A stretch of DNA of 64,000 nucleotides, taken from positions 59,274 through 123,273 of the IMG/VR virus record IMGVR_UViG_3300045580_000473; one strand, 5' to 3'. The stretch comes from a virus. Lineage: Duplodnaviria > Caudoviricetes. Within the stretch, counting starts at the first letter, position 1; the number at the start of each line of letters is the position of its first letter. A model generated the notes under the pieces. That model was given only the letters and a program-made list of their open reading frames with translations. It made no database searches and had not been told where the DNA came from. The translations under genes were made by a program, and so were the position numbers. Below, piece by piece: positions 41,283 to 51,636 of this stretch.

Positions 41283-41842
41283 GTTTTTTCTTTTTGTGGG
41301 ACTAAATCGCCTAATGTAACGCCGCGTCGTTGTAAACAATCAATAAGCCATTTAACCGTTGTTTCGCCAATTCCCGGCAGAGCACGAATTTCGTCTGGCG
41401 TGACGCGTCTGAAATCGTTTACACAACTAAAACCTACAGCCGCAAGTATGCGTTCCTGCCGGAACGAACAGCAACTAGGCCCATCACCTTGCGGCCTCAT
41501 TACCACGTTTAACAGATGCTCAAACATGCGTGTGTAATACAGGTGGCCGTATGCGTTGTAGAACACATACTTTTTTTCTGCTAAATCTTCTGTGTTGTTT
41601 TTTGGGCGTCTTTTTTCCATAATTTCGCCCAAAAATTCAGCAGCAAGAAGTTGTTCGTGCAGTTTGTTTTGATACGCGACGTGCTTTTTTTTTCTTTTTG
41701 CCGCGTTTTTGTTGCGGGCTGCGTAATATTTTTGTCGCTTTTTTTGCAAACGTGTTAGTCTCCGCAACAACGGAGAGTTCTCTTTGATTTGTTTGAACTC
41801 TTTTTCGTGTACGCGGATTAAATACGTTGTTTTCTTTTTCAT
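41237..41842 (-). CDS. basic protein with C-terminal HhH (RNAP alpha-CTD-like)
   Basis: ILAAVGFSCVNDF..TPDEIRALPGIGETTV; Lys-rich N-terminus; AT-rich DNA. Confidence 0.6.
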   Translation of the reverse strand: MKKKTTYLIRVHEKEFKQIKENSPLLRRLTRLQKKRQKYYAARNKNAAKRKKKHVAYQNKLHEQLLAAEFLGEIMEKRRPKNNTEDLAEKKYVFYNAYGHLYYTRMFEHLLNVVMRPQGDGPSCCSFRQERILAAVGFSCVNDFRRVTPDEIRALPGIGETTVKWLIDCLQRRGVTLGDLVPQKEKTWQQKQKSQNRPSKT

Positions 41843-41894
41843 GTCGCGTAACCTAAATTTCACTGCGTAGTGAAAACAGGCCTTTGAGTGAAAA

Positions 41895-43391
41895 TCAGTT
41901 ATCCGACGCCTGCGGAGCCGCGATCTTCCGGCGTCCGGCTGACGCCACCGCCTGCCGGGGCTTTCCCACGCGGGTATAGAGCCCCGCATTATCAGCCGAC
42001 AGGCAACGCCCCTCAGCCCACTTACGCAGGCTCTCGATCTGCTCGGCACTGGTCACAGCGACCGGCACGACGTTCTGGGCCGCCTCGACGAGCGGGATGT
42101 CCAGCAGGGCCGCCAGACGGCAGCACGCCTTGACCTCGGCACCGGTCCAGTTGGTGTCGTCCGGGCGGGCCTGAGCCTTGTCGAGCCCGAAGTGATTAAG
42201 ATAGATATCCCAGATACGCTGCCGCTGCTCGTCGCCCGGCAGGTCCACGAAGAACACGCCGTCGAAACGCTCGGCACGGGCAAACGGAGCCGGAAGCTGG
42301 CTGGCGTCGTTGCAGGTGCCGATAAAGAACACGTCCGACGTGTGGTCATTGAGCCACGTCAGGAGCGTGCCGAACAGGCGGGCAGAAACGCCGCTGTCGG
42401 TCTGGCCTGAGCCACCGACGCCGGCGAGACCCTTCTCGATCTCGTCGACGAACAGTACGCACGGGGCCATGGCATCAACCTGCCGGAGAGCACGTCGCAT
42501 GTTGCCCTCGGACTCGCCCACAAACTTGCCCATCAGGCTGCCGAAGTCGAGCATGACGGTCGGGCGACCGACCTCGTTGCCCAGAGCCTTGGCAAACTGA
42601 GACTTGCCACAGCCCGGAGGCGAGAGGAGCAGCACACCCTTGGGCCGCTTGTCGACGTTCTTTTCACCCTGCCGCTTCATGGCACGGATGCAGAACTGCT
42701 TGAGGTTTTCCAAACCGCCAAGGTTCTCGAAGTTGGCGTCGCCGCGGTAGAGCGTCATCGTGCCGCTCTTCTCTAGCGTCTGGGCCTTGATACCCCAGAT
42801 GGTGTCGGCTTCCAGCTTGTTATTACGGACCAGCGACAGGGCGTAGGCGTTCTCGGCCTCCTGCCGTGTCAGGCCGCGGGAAGCGTCCACGACGTTGCTG
42901 ACCTGCTCTTCAGTCGGCTTCTCAAACGCCGAACCCTCGGCGAACAGGTCGTTGCAGATCGTCTTAAGCTGCTCTTCGTCGGGAAGCTCGTGATGCACCA
43001 CCGTGAACAGCTTCTCGACCTCGGGCTGCAGCGAAACCGTCGGCGAGACAATAACAACATAACGGCCCTCGCCCTTGCCCTGCACGACTCGGTTGGCCAG
43101 AGCCTGCACGACCTCGGGATTGGGCAGATAGCGGTGGAAGTTCTTGAGGACGAGAATCTGGGTCTCGTTCGTCTTGGGCAGGTCCATAGACCGGATCGCC
43201 TGCAGCGGGCCGGGGGCGGCTACCGTGCCAGAATAAAGCTGGCGGTCGATGTCCCAGACGTCAAAGCCCCACTTCCGCTCCTCGGCTACCTTACGGATGG
43301 CGGCGACAGCGTCGTCGCACTCCATCGTCTCAACCCAAATACCAGAAAAACCGGCACAAACGAGTTCCTTGATCTCTTTTTCGAGCGACAT
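41895..43391 (-). CDS. Ycf46-like AAA+ ATPase
   Basis: LGGLENLK, PKGVLLLSPPGCGKS, LFVDEIEK, RAERFD; N-terminal inactive AAA domain. Confidence 0.9.
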   Translation of the reverse strand: MSLEKEIKELVCAGFSGIWVETMECDDAVAAIRKVAEERKWGFDVWDIDRQLYSGTVAAPGPLQAIRSMDLPKTNETQILVLKNFHRYLPNPEVVQALANRVVQGKGEGRYVVIVSPTVSLQPEVEKLFTVVHHELPDEEQLKTICNDLFAEGSAFEKPTEEQVSNVVDASRGLTRQEAENAYALSLVRNNKLEADTIWGIKAQTLEKSGTMTLYRGDANFENLGGLENLKQFCIRAMKRQGEKNVDKRPKGVLLLSPPGCGKSQFAKALGNEVGRPTVMLDFGSLMGKFVGESEGNMRRALRQVDAMAPCVLFVDEIEKGLAGVGGSGQTDSGVSARLFGTLLTWLNDHTSDVFFIGTCNDASQLPAPFARAERFDGVFFVDLPGDEQRQRIWDIYLNHFGLDKAQARPDDTNWTGAEVKACCRLAALLDIPLVEAAQNVVPVAVTSAEQIESLRKWAEGRCLSADNAGLYTRVGKPRQAVASAGRRKIAAPQASDN

Positions 43392-43407
43392 GTAGTCCCC
43401 TTGTTAG

Positions 43408-43599
43408 TTAGTTCTGAGCTTCGATCTGCTGTTCGTTCGACGCGGTGTAATATTCGCCGGTCAGCGTCTCGTCGACCTTGGCACCCAGAGCCTGTTCAAG
43501 GGCTCGGGTGGCGTCTTGGCATGAACTACCGGAAAAGCCGGTGGTCTCGATCTTGGTCTCGCCCTTGTTGTTTACGATTACCTGAATGATCTTGGACAT
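43408..43599 (-). CDS. DUF2997 protein
   Basis: GETKIETTGFSGSSCQDATRALEQALG. Confidence 0.8.
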   Translation of the reverse strand: MSKIIQVIVNNKGETKIETTGFSGSSCQDATRALEQALGAKVDETLTGEYYTASNEQQIEAQN

Positions 43600-43604
43600 G
43601 TGTA

Positions 43605-43970
43605 TTAAGCCTCCACAGTGATGTTGAGTTTGATCGAACCGTCCGGCAGCGTTTCCTCGTACACCGAGTAGCCGCCCTTCTGAGCCTCGTAGATCGCCTT
43701 CTCGACGGCGTACGCCTGCAGGAACTTGTCCAGTTCCTCTTGCTTGCCCCACGCTCCGTTGTAGTTGTCATAAGCCGCGGCACCGGTATCGACGTTGAAC
43801 ACGGCCACATACGACCAGCCGGGGAGCTTCACGGCCAAGCCGTCAGCGGACTGACCGGCGAACAGGACATGGTGGCCGGCAACGGGCTGTTCGAGGCCCA
43901 GCCGCTTGCAGGCGGCAGAAATAGCATTAGCGTCGCGAACTTCGGTTTTGATTTGAACGATGTGTGACAT
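43605..43970 (-). CDS. DUF1257 (Ycf35-like) protein
   Basis: MSHIVQIKTEVRD..ACKRLG..YDNYNGAWG..LQAYAVEKA..DGSIKL. Confidence 0.82.
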   Translation of the reverse strand: MSHIVQIKTEVRDANAISAACKRLGLEQPVAGHHVLFAGQSADGLAVKLPGWSYVAVFNVDTGAAAYDNYNGAWGKQEELDKFLQAYAVEKAIYEAQKGGYSVYEETLPDGSIKLNITVEA

Positions 43971-43991
43971 GATTTGTCTTGTAGGTAGTGG

Positions 43992-44288
43992 TTAGCAGGT
44001 AACGACAACTTCGCCCGTGGTTTCGACCCAGACATGGGCTCCGCAACTCAGCGGTTTATCCGGCGAGTAGATAGCCTCAGCCGGTCCTTTAATCTGCACT
44101 TTTTCGACAGGATAGGATTTATTTCGCCATTGGACGGTAATGACGTTATTGTGCTCGCCAGTTGACTTGTTCCGGCGGATCATATGCTGATTGACGTGAA
44201 TACGCTTAATCGTGCCCGATCGCATAACGATGACGTTGCCGGGCGTAAGTTCACTTCGCCGCACAAGGCGGCAGGCAGTTGTAGGCAC
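43992..44288 (-). CDS. conserved phage hypothetical protein
   Basis: KRIHVNQHMIRRN..YSPDKPLSCGAHVWVET. Confidence 0.7.
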   Translation of the reverse strand: MPTTACRLVRRSELTPGNVIVMRSGTIKRIHVNQHMIRRNKSTGEHNNVITVQWRNKSYPVEKVQIKGPAEAIYSPDKPLSCGAHVWVETTGEVVVTC

Positions 44289-44432
44289 CTGTGGGCCTCC
44301 TGAAACGTCGCGGCCAGAAGGGCCTGCGACAACGCCCGGATACAGCCGGGCGGTAAGTAGAGCTTCTAGACCCGCTCGGGGCCGGCCGATTGAACGACCG
44401 GCCCCTTTGTGGGCGGGAAGCTAGAGCAATTA

Positions 44433-45299
44433 TCAGTTGCCGAACGTCTGCGAAAGCTGAGCCGCAGCCGTCAGGATACGCTCGGCCGACTGGAACGAGC
44501 CGCCGCAGCACTCCACGAACGCCTCGGCAGCCTTAAGCTGCTCCATGGGCACCCGGAAGCCGTTGCCAGACGGACGAGCCTTGGCCGCTGCCTTGACGGG
44601 CTGCGGAGCCGGCTCGACGTTCTTCTTAGCACGCATGCCAGCCGCCCGGCTTTTTTCCGAACCGGCAGTGGCTGCCACGGGCGTAGCAGCCCGTTTGCCG
44701 CGGGGCTGGCCGCCAAGGCCGGCCTTCTTGAGCAACTGGCTGACCTGAGCCGGGCTGACCGTCAGCTTACGCTTAGCCAGCGTCTCAACGATATCCTTGC
44801 CGCGAATCGTGCTCTCACCGGCCTTCTGGCGGCGGGCGATTTCAGCACGAACATGATCAGACAGACTCATCTTCTCGGACATGGAACTGTTCCCTGTAGT
44901 AGCGGAGACTTCAACGTCCCCTTCTTCTTTGTTGTCAGCCACAGCGGTGACAACCTCATCAGCCTCGACGGCGTCTTCAGACTCAGCCGAAACGTCGTCG
45001 CCTTCTTCAGCGTCGTAATCCGGTTCGTCGTCGTCGGCTTCTTCCTCATCGGGTTCGCCATCTTCGACTTCGTCGGAAACATCGGCCTCAGTTGTTGCCT
45101 CGACAGCATGCAGTTCTTCGTCTTCTTCGACGTCTGCATTCGCTAACTCGGCATCGACATCAATCTCGTCTTCCGTGACGTCTTCGTCGTAGGTCATCTT
45201 CCCTGTAACCTTTTCTTCGGGGGCTTTTTGCGGAGCAACCGATTTGAGCGGCTTGCCCCACAACTGTGTCGGACTGATGAGCCCGAACTTCTTCGCCAT
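44433..45299 (-). CDS. acidic-N/basic-C putative DNA-binding protein
   Basis: Long D/E tract, then KDIVETLAKRKLTVSPAQVSQ HTH-like segment and QLKAAEAFVECCGG. Confidence 0.7.
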   Translation of the reverse strand: MAKKFGLISPTQLWGKPLKSVAPQKAPEEKVTGKMTYDEDVTEDEIDVDAELANADVEEDEELHAVEATTEADVSDEVEDGEPDEEEADDDEPDYDAEEGDDVSAESEDAVEADEVVTAVADNKEEGDVEVSATTGNSSMSEKMSLSDHVRAEIARRQKAGESTIRGKDIVETLAKRKLTVSPAQVSQLLKKAGLGGQPRGKRAATPVAATAGSEKSRAAGMRAKKNVEPAPQPVKAAAKARPSGNGFRVPMEQLKAAEAFVECCGGSFQSAERILTAAAQLSQTFGN

Positions 45300-45364
45300 A
45301 ACAACGCTCTCCTTTTGATTCCGCCGGTCCAACCGTTTTGGGCCTTTAAGCGGACGACTAATTC

Positions 45365-45392
45365 ACAATATGCTAGGGTAAATAAAAATCAA
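45365..45392 (-). promoter_or_regulatory. sigma70-like promoter TTGATT-N16-TATTGT
   Basis: AT-rich intergenic region upstream of the 45299 gene. Confidence 0.5.
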
Positions 45393-45437
45393 TACCCCGG
45401 CTGACAAAAATGTTTTTGGCCGCAAAAACGAGCTAGA

Positions 45438-45917
45438 TTACTCGCCTTTATTGAGAATAGCGGCTCGGAGTTTTTCCAGCTTTTCCGGGTCACTGATGGT
45501 GACGGCATACGTGTGCACGCCAATCGGCTCAATGTCGATCGCTGTTTCCGGGCTGCTATTGTTGACGACCGCGTTAGGCGGGCAGGTGCAACCCGCACCG
45601 CGGAGCGTGCCGTCGTTGAGGTGCGGCCACATTTCGCCCGAATGGATGGCTCCAAGCAAATTCCACGCGGCGTGAGCCAGATGGTCTTCACTGCGGTCGC
45701 CACGCAGGTACTTGAAGATGTGAGCGATCGCGTGGTTCAGCAGGTCCGTGATGGGCATGCCGTTTTCCCAATTGAACGCCCCGAACTTTTTAGCCCCCTC
45801 AGCGTATGTCTGAGCCAGCCGTTCCAGACCGATTGGCGATATCAGGTCGTATCTGGTCTCTTCGCAATCCCCACTGCGAACAGCCCCGGTGTCGTATTCA
45901 CGCCGTTCTTGCGTCAT
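45438..45917 (-). CDS. DUF5664 (dATP/dGTP diphosphohydrolase-like) protein
   Basis: YDTGAVRS..RYDLISP..AEGAKKFGAFNWENGMP..HAIAH..EDHLAHAAWN. Confidence 0.82.
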   Translation of the reverse strand: MTQERREYDTGAVRSGDCEETRYDLISPIGLERLAQTYAEGAKKFGAFNWENGMPITDLLNHAIAHIFKYLRGDRSEDHLAHAAWNLLGAIHSGEMWPHLNDGTLRGAGCTCPPNAVVNNSSPETAIDIEPIGVHTYAVTISDPEKLEKLRAAILNKGE

Positions 45918-47667
45918 TGTCTTCCTGAAATTCAAAGTAAAGCCGCGGGGAATCTACGAACGCGAGCGTGCCGCGTTTTCCGTCTGCTTTTCGGATTACG
46001 TGCACGTACGGCGGATCAAAGTGCGACAACTCGAACTGCTCTAAAAGCTCGTCGTTTGACAGCACGGGGTTGTGCAGGCGTTCAAGCGAGGCCCGGGCTT
46101 CACCCTGATCCATGTGCGAGAACTGAGCGGCAAGCAGGTTGACAATGTCTTGCTGCGTTGCGTTCACCTCGATATCGGCACTAGGCGTTGTTTTGGTTTG
46201 TGTCATTTGGGGTTTCGGGCTGCAGGCTGTTCATCTCCGCTGTGTATTCTTTGATCTTTTCTGCAAGCTGGGCGGCGTAGTTGTCGAACATCTTGATTTG
46301 GGCCATAAAGTCCCGGTGCAGTTCGACATTGAATGCCGCCAGCCGACCCATCAGCCGCAGAATGCCGGCCAGATACGGGGCTGACGGGTCACGCAGCCGG
46401 AGCAAACCCGGCGGCGAGCCTTCCGGCTGATTAGTCCAGATGGGCACGATCGCGACGCCGTGCAGTTCTGGTAGGTCTTCAAGCAGCTTTACGCAGAATT
46501 CTTCTGCTTGCTTGTACAGTTCAACGTCATACGGCAGACGTCCTTTACTTTCAATTGCCGGCTTCTCCGGCTGATTTAACGTCTGCTGGCCCAGCGACGG
46601 AACGTCCATGCTCTTCTCCAAAAAGAATTAGTGGCGGATCGTATTTCATTTTGTTGGGCAGTAAGCCGTCGATCAAGTTGCCGATCCGTGTGGCAGCAAG
46701 ACCGTAGACGACGACCCGGACAAGTGCGGCCATCGTACCGCCCGCCCAGTCGCCTGCCAAGAGGAGCAAAAACAGATAAATCGGTATGTGGTAGCTCTTG
46801 CAGAACGGGCACATAACCAGTTCCCAGAGCCGACCTTTGAATGTTTCTGGCGGTGTGGTGTCTTGCCACGACTGAACGTAGGCACGGGCGGTTTCGAATA
46901 TCGAACCCTTGTGCCAAACCTCAATGATAGCTCCGGCGGCAAAGACAACAGCGACAAAGTCGAGCGTGTTCATTTTCGTTTCTTAGAGTTTTCGCCGCGT
47001 TTGATTGCGTTTACGGCGACAAGCATAAAGTAGCACACAAAACTAGAAATGAATAAACCGGCTATGCCGCTGTTCAGGGACCAGATCAACCCACCAAGCA
47101 TGATGGGGCCGGCCATCAAAACAAACGATTTGTTGAGATCATGTTCTTTCACGAGCACGTAGTACAGTCTTTGTTCGTACCGCCGATTGCGTTTCCGCCA
47201 AAGTTGCCGCTCGGCCACGGTTTGGTCTTGCCGCCATCAACGTACTTTCGGTTGTAGAGGTAGTTTGCATGCGGGAGCGGTGACTCCAGCTTCAGATGAT
47301 TTACCGGATTATCCGGCAGGTAAAGTTGCGGTCCCGGCCCGCGTAACGTACTCTGGAACTGTGGCATCTTGCGTTCCATGTAGAGTTTGGCACTTCTTCC
47401 CATTTGCGGCATAGTCCTCTCCTTTCACCCAGCGGTATACTGCCCAGTATACTCGCCACGAGGTAGTCGGAACTATTTACTGCTTTTTCGCAGTTCGTCG
47501 CAAATCCGAACAATTCCGTCGAATAACGCCCGAAAGATCAGCCCGACACAGACAAACGATATGGAAACCAAGTAGTTTATGCTGTCTTCGAGCCACTGCA
47601 GTTCGGGTTCTTCTTCGGGTTCATTTTGTTCGGGTCGTAACCCCGACTCGGAATAGTAGTTACGCAT
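45898..47667 (-). CDS. run of small genes: 45898-46206, 46181-46621, DUF1360-like membrane protein 46551-46973, 46970-47218, 47149-47412, 47473-47667
   Basis: Packed ORFs; LWELVMCPFC between TM helices in 46551-46973. Confidence 0.6.
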
Positions 47668-49593
47668 ATGGCACCTAATAATACGCAGGTTGAACCTGCA
47701 AATAACGCAGCCACGATCGAAGTGCCGCACGGCGGCGTACGATCGTTGCTGGAAGAATTGATGTCGATTGACACCAAAGATTTTAAGTCGGTGCAGGCAC
47801 GGATGTCCGTGCTAGGTGCCCTGTCCCGACAGAATGTATTTCCTTCGCTTGAGCCGATGTTGCCGTTGGTTTTAAACCTCAACGGAAAACCGTATACCCT
47901 CCAGAATCACTACCCGTTTTCTCCTTTATTTCGTTGCCTAACCCCGAAGAATCAGGTGTGGTGTACTGGTCGGCAGGTTTCTAAATCGACAAGCCTTGCT
48001 GCTCACGGCGTGATAGTTGCGAACTCTATTCCGTTTTTCAAAACATTGTTTATCACGCCGTTGTTTGAACAGATTCGTCGGTTCTCAAACAATTACGTCA
48101 GACCGTTTATCGACCAGTCGCCGGTGAAGGCGTTGTGGTCGGGCACGTCGACGGAGAACTCGGTGTTGCAGCGTTCGTTTAAAAACAACTCAATGATGCT
48201 GTTCAGCTACGCGTTGCTCGACGCTGACCGTGTCCGCGGTGTGTCGGCGGATCGGGTGTGTATCGACGAGGTTCAGGACATGGACCCGGATCACGTACCC
48301 ATCATTCAAGAAACGATGTCGTATAGTAAATGGGCGACCATGTATTTCACGGGGACGCCGAAGACCTTCGACAATTTAATTTACGGATTGTATAAGCGGT
48401 CGTCGCAGGCGGAGTGGTTTATACCCTGTAAGTCATGTGGCAAGTGGAACATCCCGTCGCTGGAGCACGACCTCGACGCGATGATTGGTCCGTGGACGCC
48501 GCACATCAGCGAGAAGTATCCCGGCACCGTGTGTGCGAAATGCCAGAAGCCGATCAGCCCGCGGCACGGGCGGTGGGTGCATCGGTATCCAGAACGCCGC
48601 TGGCAGTTTTCTGGCTACCACGTACCGCAGATTATTCTGCCGCTGCACTTCTCCGATGCAGAAAAGTGGTCGACGCTGTTGTTGAAACGAGAGGGCTTCG
48701 GGAACATGACCCAAGCTCAGTTCTACAACGAAGTCATGGGCGAAAGCATCGACACCGGGCAGAAGCTCGTCAGCGAGACTGATTTGAAAGCCGCCTGCCT
48801 GCTTCCGTGGGAGAACAAGAAAGAACCTGATCCCGCGTCGTACGCCAAGCTGAGCAAATACAAAAACAGGATTCTGGCGATTGACTGGGGTGGCGGCGGC
48901 GATGAGGGTGTGAGCTTTACCGCTCTGGCCGTGATGGGTTTTATGGCCGACGGGAAGATCGACGTGCTGTGGGGCAAACGCCTGCTCATTGGCGGCGATC
49001 ACTTGCAGGAAGCCATCGAGTGCATGAAGTGGTGCAACAAGTTCAAGTGCGACCTTGTTGCTCACGACTATACCGGTGCCGGCACGGTCCGCGAGACGGT
49101 CATGGTGCAAGCTGGGTTTAATTTGGACCGCGTCATGGCTATGCGGCTGGTTCGCTCTGCGGCTCAGGACCTGATGGTGTTCAAGCCGCCGACCGAGATC
49201 AACCACCGACAGCATTACAGCCTCGACAAGACCCGATCGCTGCTCTACACCTGTCAAGCGATCAAGATGAAGCAGGTCCGGTTTTTCCAGTACGACTGGA
49301 CGTCGCAGGATTCGCCGGGATTGGTGTCGGACTTTCTCGCGTTGGTCGAGAACAAGGCGGAGTCACGCCTCGGCGGCGACATTTATACGATTACGCGGAA
49401 TACGCTGCTTAGCGACGACTTTGCCCAAGCGGTGAACTTGGGTGCGGCGGGCCTGTGGCACGTCAATCAGGCTTGGCCTAATTTTGCCCGGCTGGCCGGT
49501 ATCGCTCGGATTACCGAGAAGCAAGCGGCCGCGGAGCGAATGGGCGACTGGGCCGACGACGCGATTGGCGGGCAGTACTTCGCCGGCTACTGA
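47668..49593 (+). CDS. terL: terminase large subunit (GpA-like)
   Basis: GRQVSKST Walker A, RGVSAD, IDEVQD, TGTPKT, CxxC pairs, nuclease domain AIDWGGG, DDFAQA. Confidence 0.85.
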   Translation: MAPNNTQVEPANNAATIEVPHGGVRSLLEELMSIDTKDFKSVQARMSVLGALSRQNVFPSLEPMLPLVLNLNGKPYTLQNHYPFSPLFRCLTPKNQVWCTGRQVSKSTSLAAHGVIVANSIPFFKTLFITPLFEQIRRFSNNYVRPFIDQSPVKALWSGTSTENSVLQRSFKNNSMMLFSYALLDADRVRGVSADRVCIDEVQDMDPDHVPIIQETMSYSKWATMYFTGTPKTFDNLIYGLYKRSSQAEWFIPCKSCGKWNIPSLEHDLDAMIGPWTPHISEKYPGTVCAKCQKPISPRHGRWVHRYPERRWQFSGYHVPQIILPLHFSDAEKWSTLLLKREGFGNMTQAQFYNEVMGESIDTGQKLVSETDLKAACLLPWENKKEPDPASYAKLSKYKNRILAIDWGGGGDEGVSFTALAVMGFMADGKIDVLWGKRLLIGGDHLQEAIECMKWCNKFKCDLVAHDYTGAGTVRETVMVQAGFNLDRVMAMRLVRSAAQDLMVFKPPTEINHRQHYSLDKTRSLLYTCQAIKMKQVRFFQYDWTSQDSPGLVSDFLALVENKAESRLGGDIYTITRNTLLSDDFAQAVNLGAAGLWHVNQAWPNFARLAGIARITEKQAAAERMGDWADDAIGGQYFAGY

Positions 49594-49814
49594 GCGGTGG
49601 CGATGATTTCAAGATGGTCAGGCGGGCAGACGCAGCTAAGACTGCGGCCGTTGTCCCAGCTAATCGACACCTGCGAAAACTTGTCGTGGCCCCAGTCTAA
49701 ATGCTGCACGTCGATAACGGTTCCTTCCGTACCCTCGGGTATCGGGTCGGGGTCATTTGGCATAAACACCATTTTGACCCGGTCGCCTTTTTTGCCGTGG
49801 AATGCCATACGCAT
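49587..49814 (-). CDS. DUF4314 protein
   Basis: GDRVKMVFMPNDPDPIPEGTEGTV..WDNGRSL. Confidence 0.8.
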   Translation of the reverse strand: MRMAFHGKKGDRVKMVFMPNDPDPIPEGTEGTVIDVQHLDWGHDKFSQVSISWDNGRSLSCVCPPDHLEIIATAQ

Positions 49815-51142
49815 CAGTATAGCCTCCAGCAGTAGTCTTTAATACGCTGCCGGAGCAGGTCAAAATCCTTGATAGTACAGGCTTCGATTAGCCGCACGAC
49901 TTTGAGGGCCTGATCGTGCATTCTTTCGGCCGCAGGCTCGCAGTCCATGCAGTGTGTAAATAAGTCCCAGCCCTTACCTGAGCGGGGGATAGCCGGCTGC
50001 TCGCCGATAGACGCGGCGTTGACGAGTCGCTGGAATACACCGTCTGGTTCGCTGTCGCGGGCTCCGTAGTCTTTTAACTCAGAGCACAGGTCTTCAAACT
50101 TCTTTATCTCTTGGAATATCTGATCTATTAGATTCGTAGCGGGCTTTTCTGAGGTCTTCGACAACGTTTTTGCCTTTTTCGGTGACGCTGAACGTGAAGT
50201 CGTTTGTTTTGTCGTCATAACTGCAGTCCAGCAGGTCGCTTTTAACTCCGGCTGACAATACGTTTGACATGACGCGGTCCATGAGAGCCGCCATCAGTTC
50301 GTTTATGTTTTTGCGGGCTTCTTCTGGCGTGTCGCCGCCGACGGCGTACATGCCGTCATCGGAGACAACGCTGAATTCGCGAACGATGTTTTCCGTCTCT
50401 TGCAGCGAGAGATAGTTTGTGCATCCTTTCGCTTTTTCGTCGTCGGCCTCATTCCCATACATATGGGCGATGAAGCGGCCGTACATGATCAACGCCGCCG
50501 ACCGAATCGCTTCGACAGAGCTAAGCTCGTAGCGGCCGGCGGTGTCGTCAAAGTTCTCGTCAAACAAGCGGCAGGGCTCCAAGGCGGGCGGCGGCTACGG
50601 CTGCGTCGTAGTTGCCCTTGGCGATGATGCGGTCCCGGACGGCAAGGCGAAGGCGTTCAAGATACGCCTGATAGTCCTCGTCCGTGTTCACGATGGCCTC
50701 AGCCGACGAAAAAGAATGCGGCTTGCCGGTGAACGAATTATCGCCGCGGGCCATGATGCGGTCGATAGCGGCAAGCTTGGTGTTGATACGGTTATCTTCC
50801 AGAGACTGCTCGGCCATGACGGCGTCGGCAAGCGACTGGGCAGTGGTTTCGATGTCGTTAATCAGGGCGTCAGAGGTCTTCGCCATGAGCTTTAAAATCC
50901 TTCTGTGATTGGAGTTCTTGTCGGGTCGGAATACGCTTGGGAAACTTTTCTGGATGACATACTTGGCAGCGGGCACGTGTGCACCCGCCGCATCGCAATG
51001 CTTTTCGATATCGGCCGGCTCTCACATGGGCCGGTTGCCTGTCCGGCAGACTGGCTCGCCACGCGTCCATGCTGGCGTGGATTCGGCGGGACTGCCGGAT
51101 TCGGTTTTCGATGATGTGCTTTTCTTCGTGGTAACGTTTCAT
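49814..51142 (-). CDS. four hypothetical proteins (49814-~50134, 50094-50582, 50560-~50887, 50892-51142)
   Basis: Packed ORFs. Confidence 0.55.
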
Positions 51143-51145
51143 AAG

Positions 51146-51622
51146 TCACCTGCCTTCTGTTTCGCAGTAGATTACAACTTCGCAGCCGCATTGCCGGGCG
51201 AGGCTGACAACCTCGGGGGCGTAAACGGACACAAGCTTGGTCTTATCGACAGCACCGGCAGCGATTAACGCCAGCAGCCCGAGCTTGGCGATCCCGCGGC
51301 GGCGATACTTGGGATCGACGAAGCATTCAAGCGTTTGGGCTGTGACGGGCTCGCCCTTGAATTTTTCGGGCCACGGGCGAGAGCCAACCCAGCCTGCCAA
51401 CGTCTCGTCGACCCAGATTAAGGCCATGGCCATCTCTGGATACGGCTGCTCGTGATTAACGTGCAGATACCGCTTGGCAAGTTCTTTTTGGATGGAACTG
51501 TCGCTGCCGGAATCGGGCCACGAGAGCCGGGTCATAATCGCCGTGACGTCAACGAGCCCGAGCTTATTGATGTCTTTGATTTTGATGACAATTTCCATGT
51601 CTGAGCCCTCCGCGGCTGACAT
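51146..51622 (-). CDS. GNAT acetyltransferase
   Basis: Acetyl-CoA-binding motif A: FVDPKYRRRGIAK. Confidence 0.8.
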   Translation of the reverse strand: MSAAEGSDMEIVIKIKDINKLGLVDVTAIMTRLSWPDSGSDSSIQKELAKRYLHVNHEQPYPEMAMALIWVDETLAGWVGSRPWPEKFKGEPVTAQTLECFVDPKYRRRGIAKLGLLALIAAGAVDKTKLVSVYAPEVVSLARQCGCEVVIYCETEGR

Positions 51623-51636
51623 GAAGTATACAAAAA

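Noticed and set aside
48433-49257. 274-aa minus-strand ORF
   Set aside because: Antisense shadow of the terminase, with no motifs.
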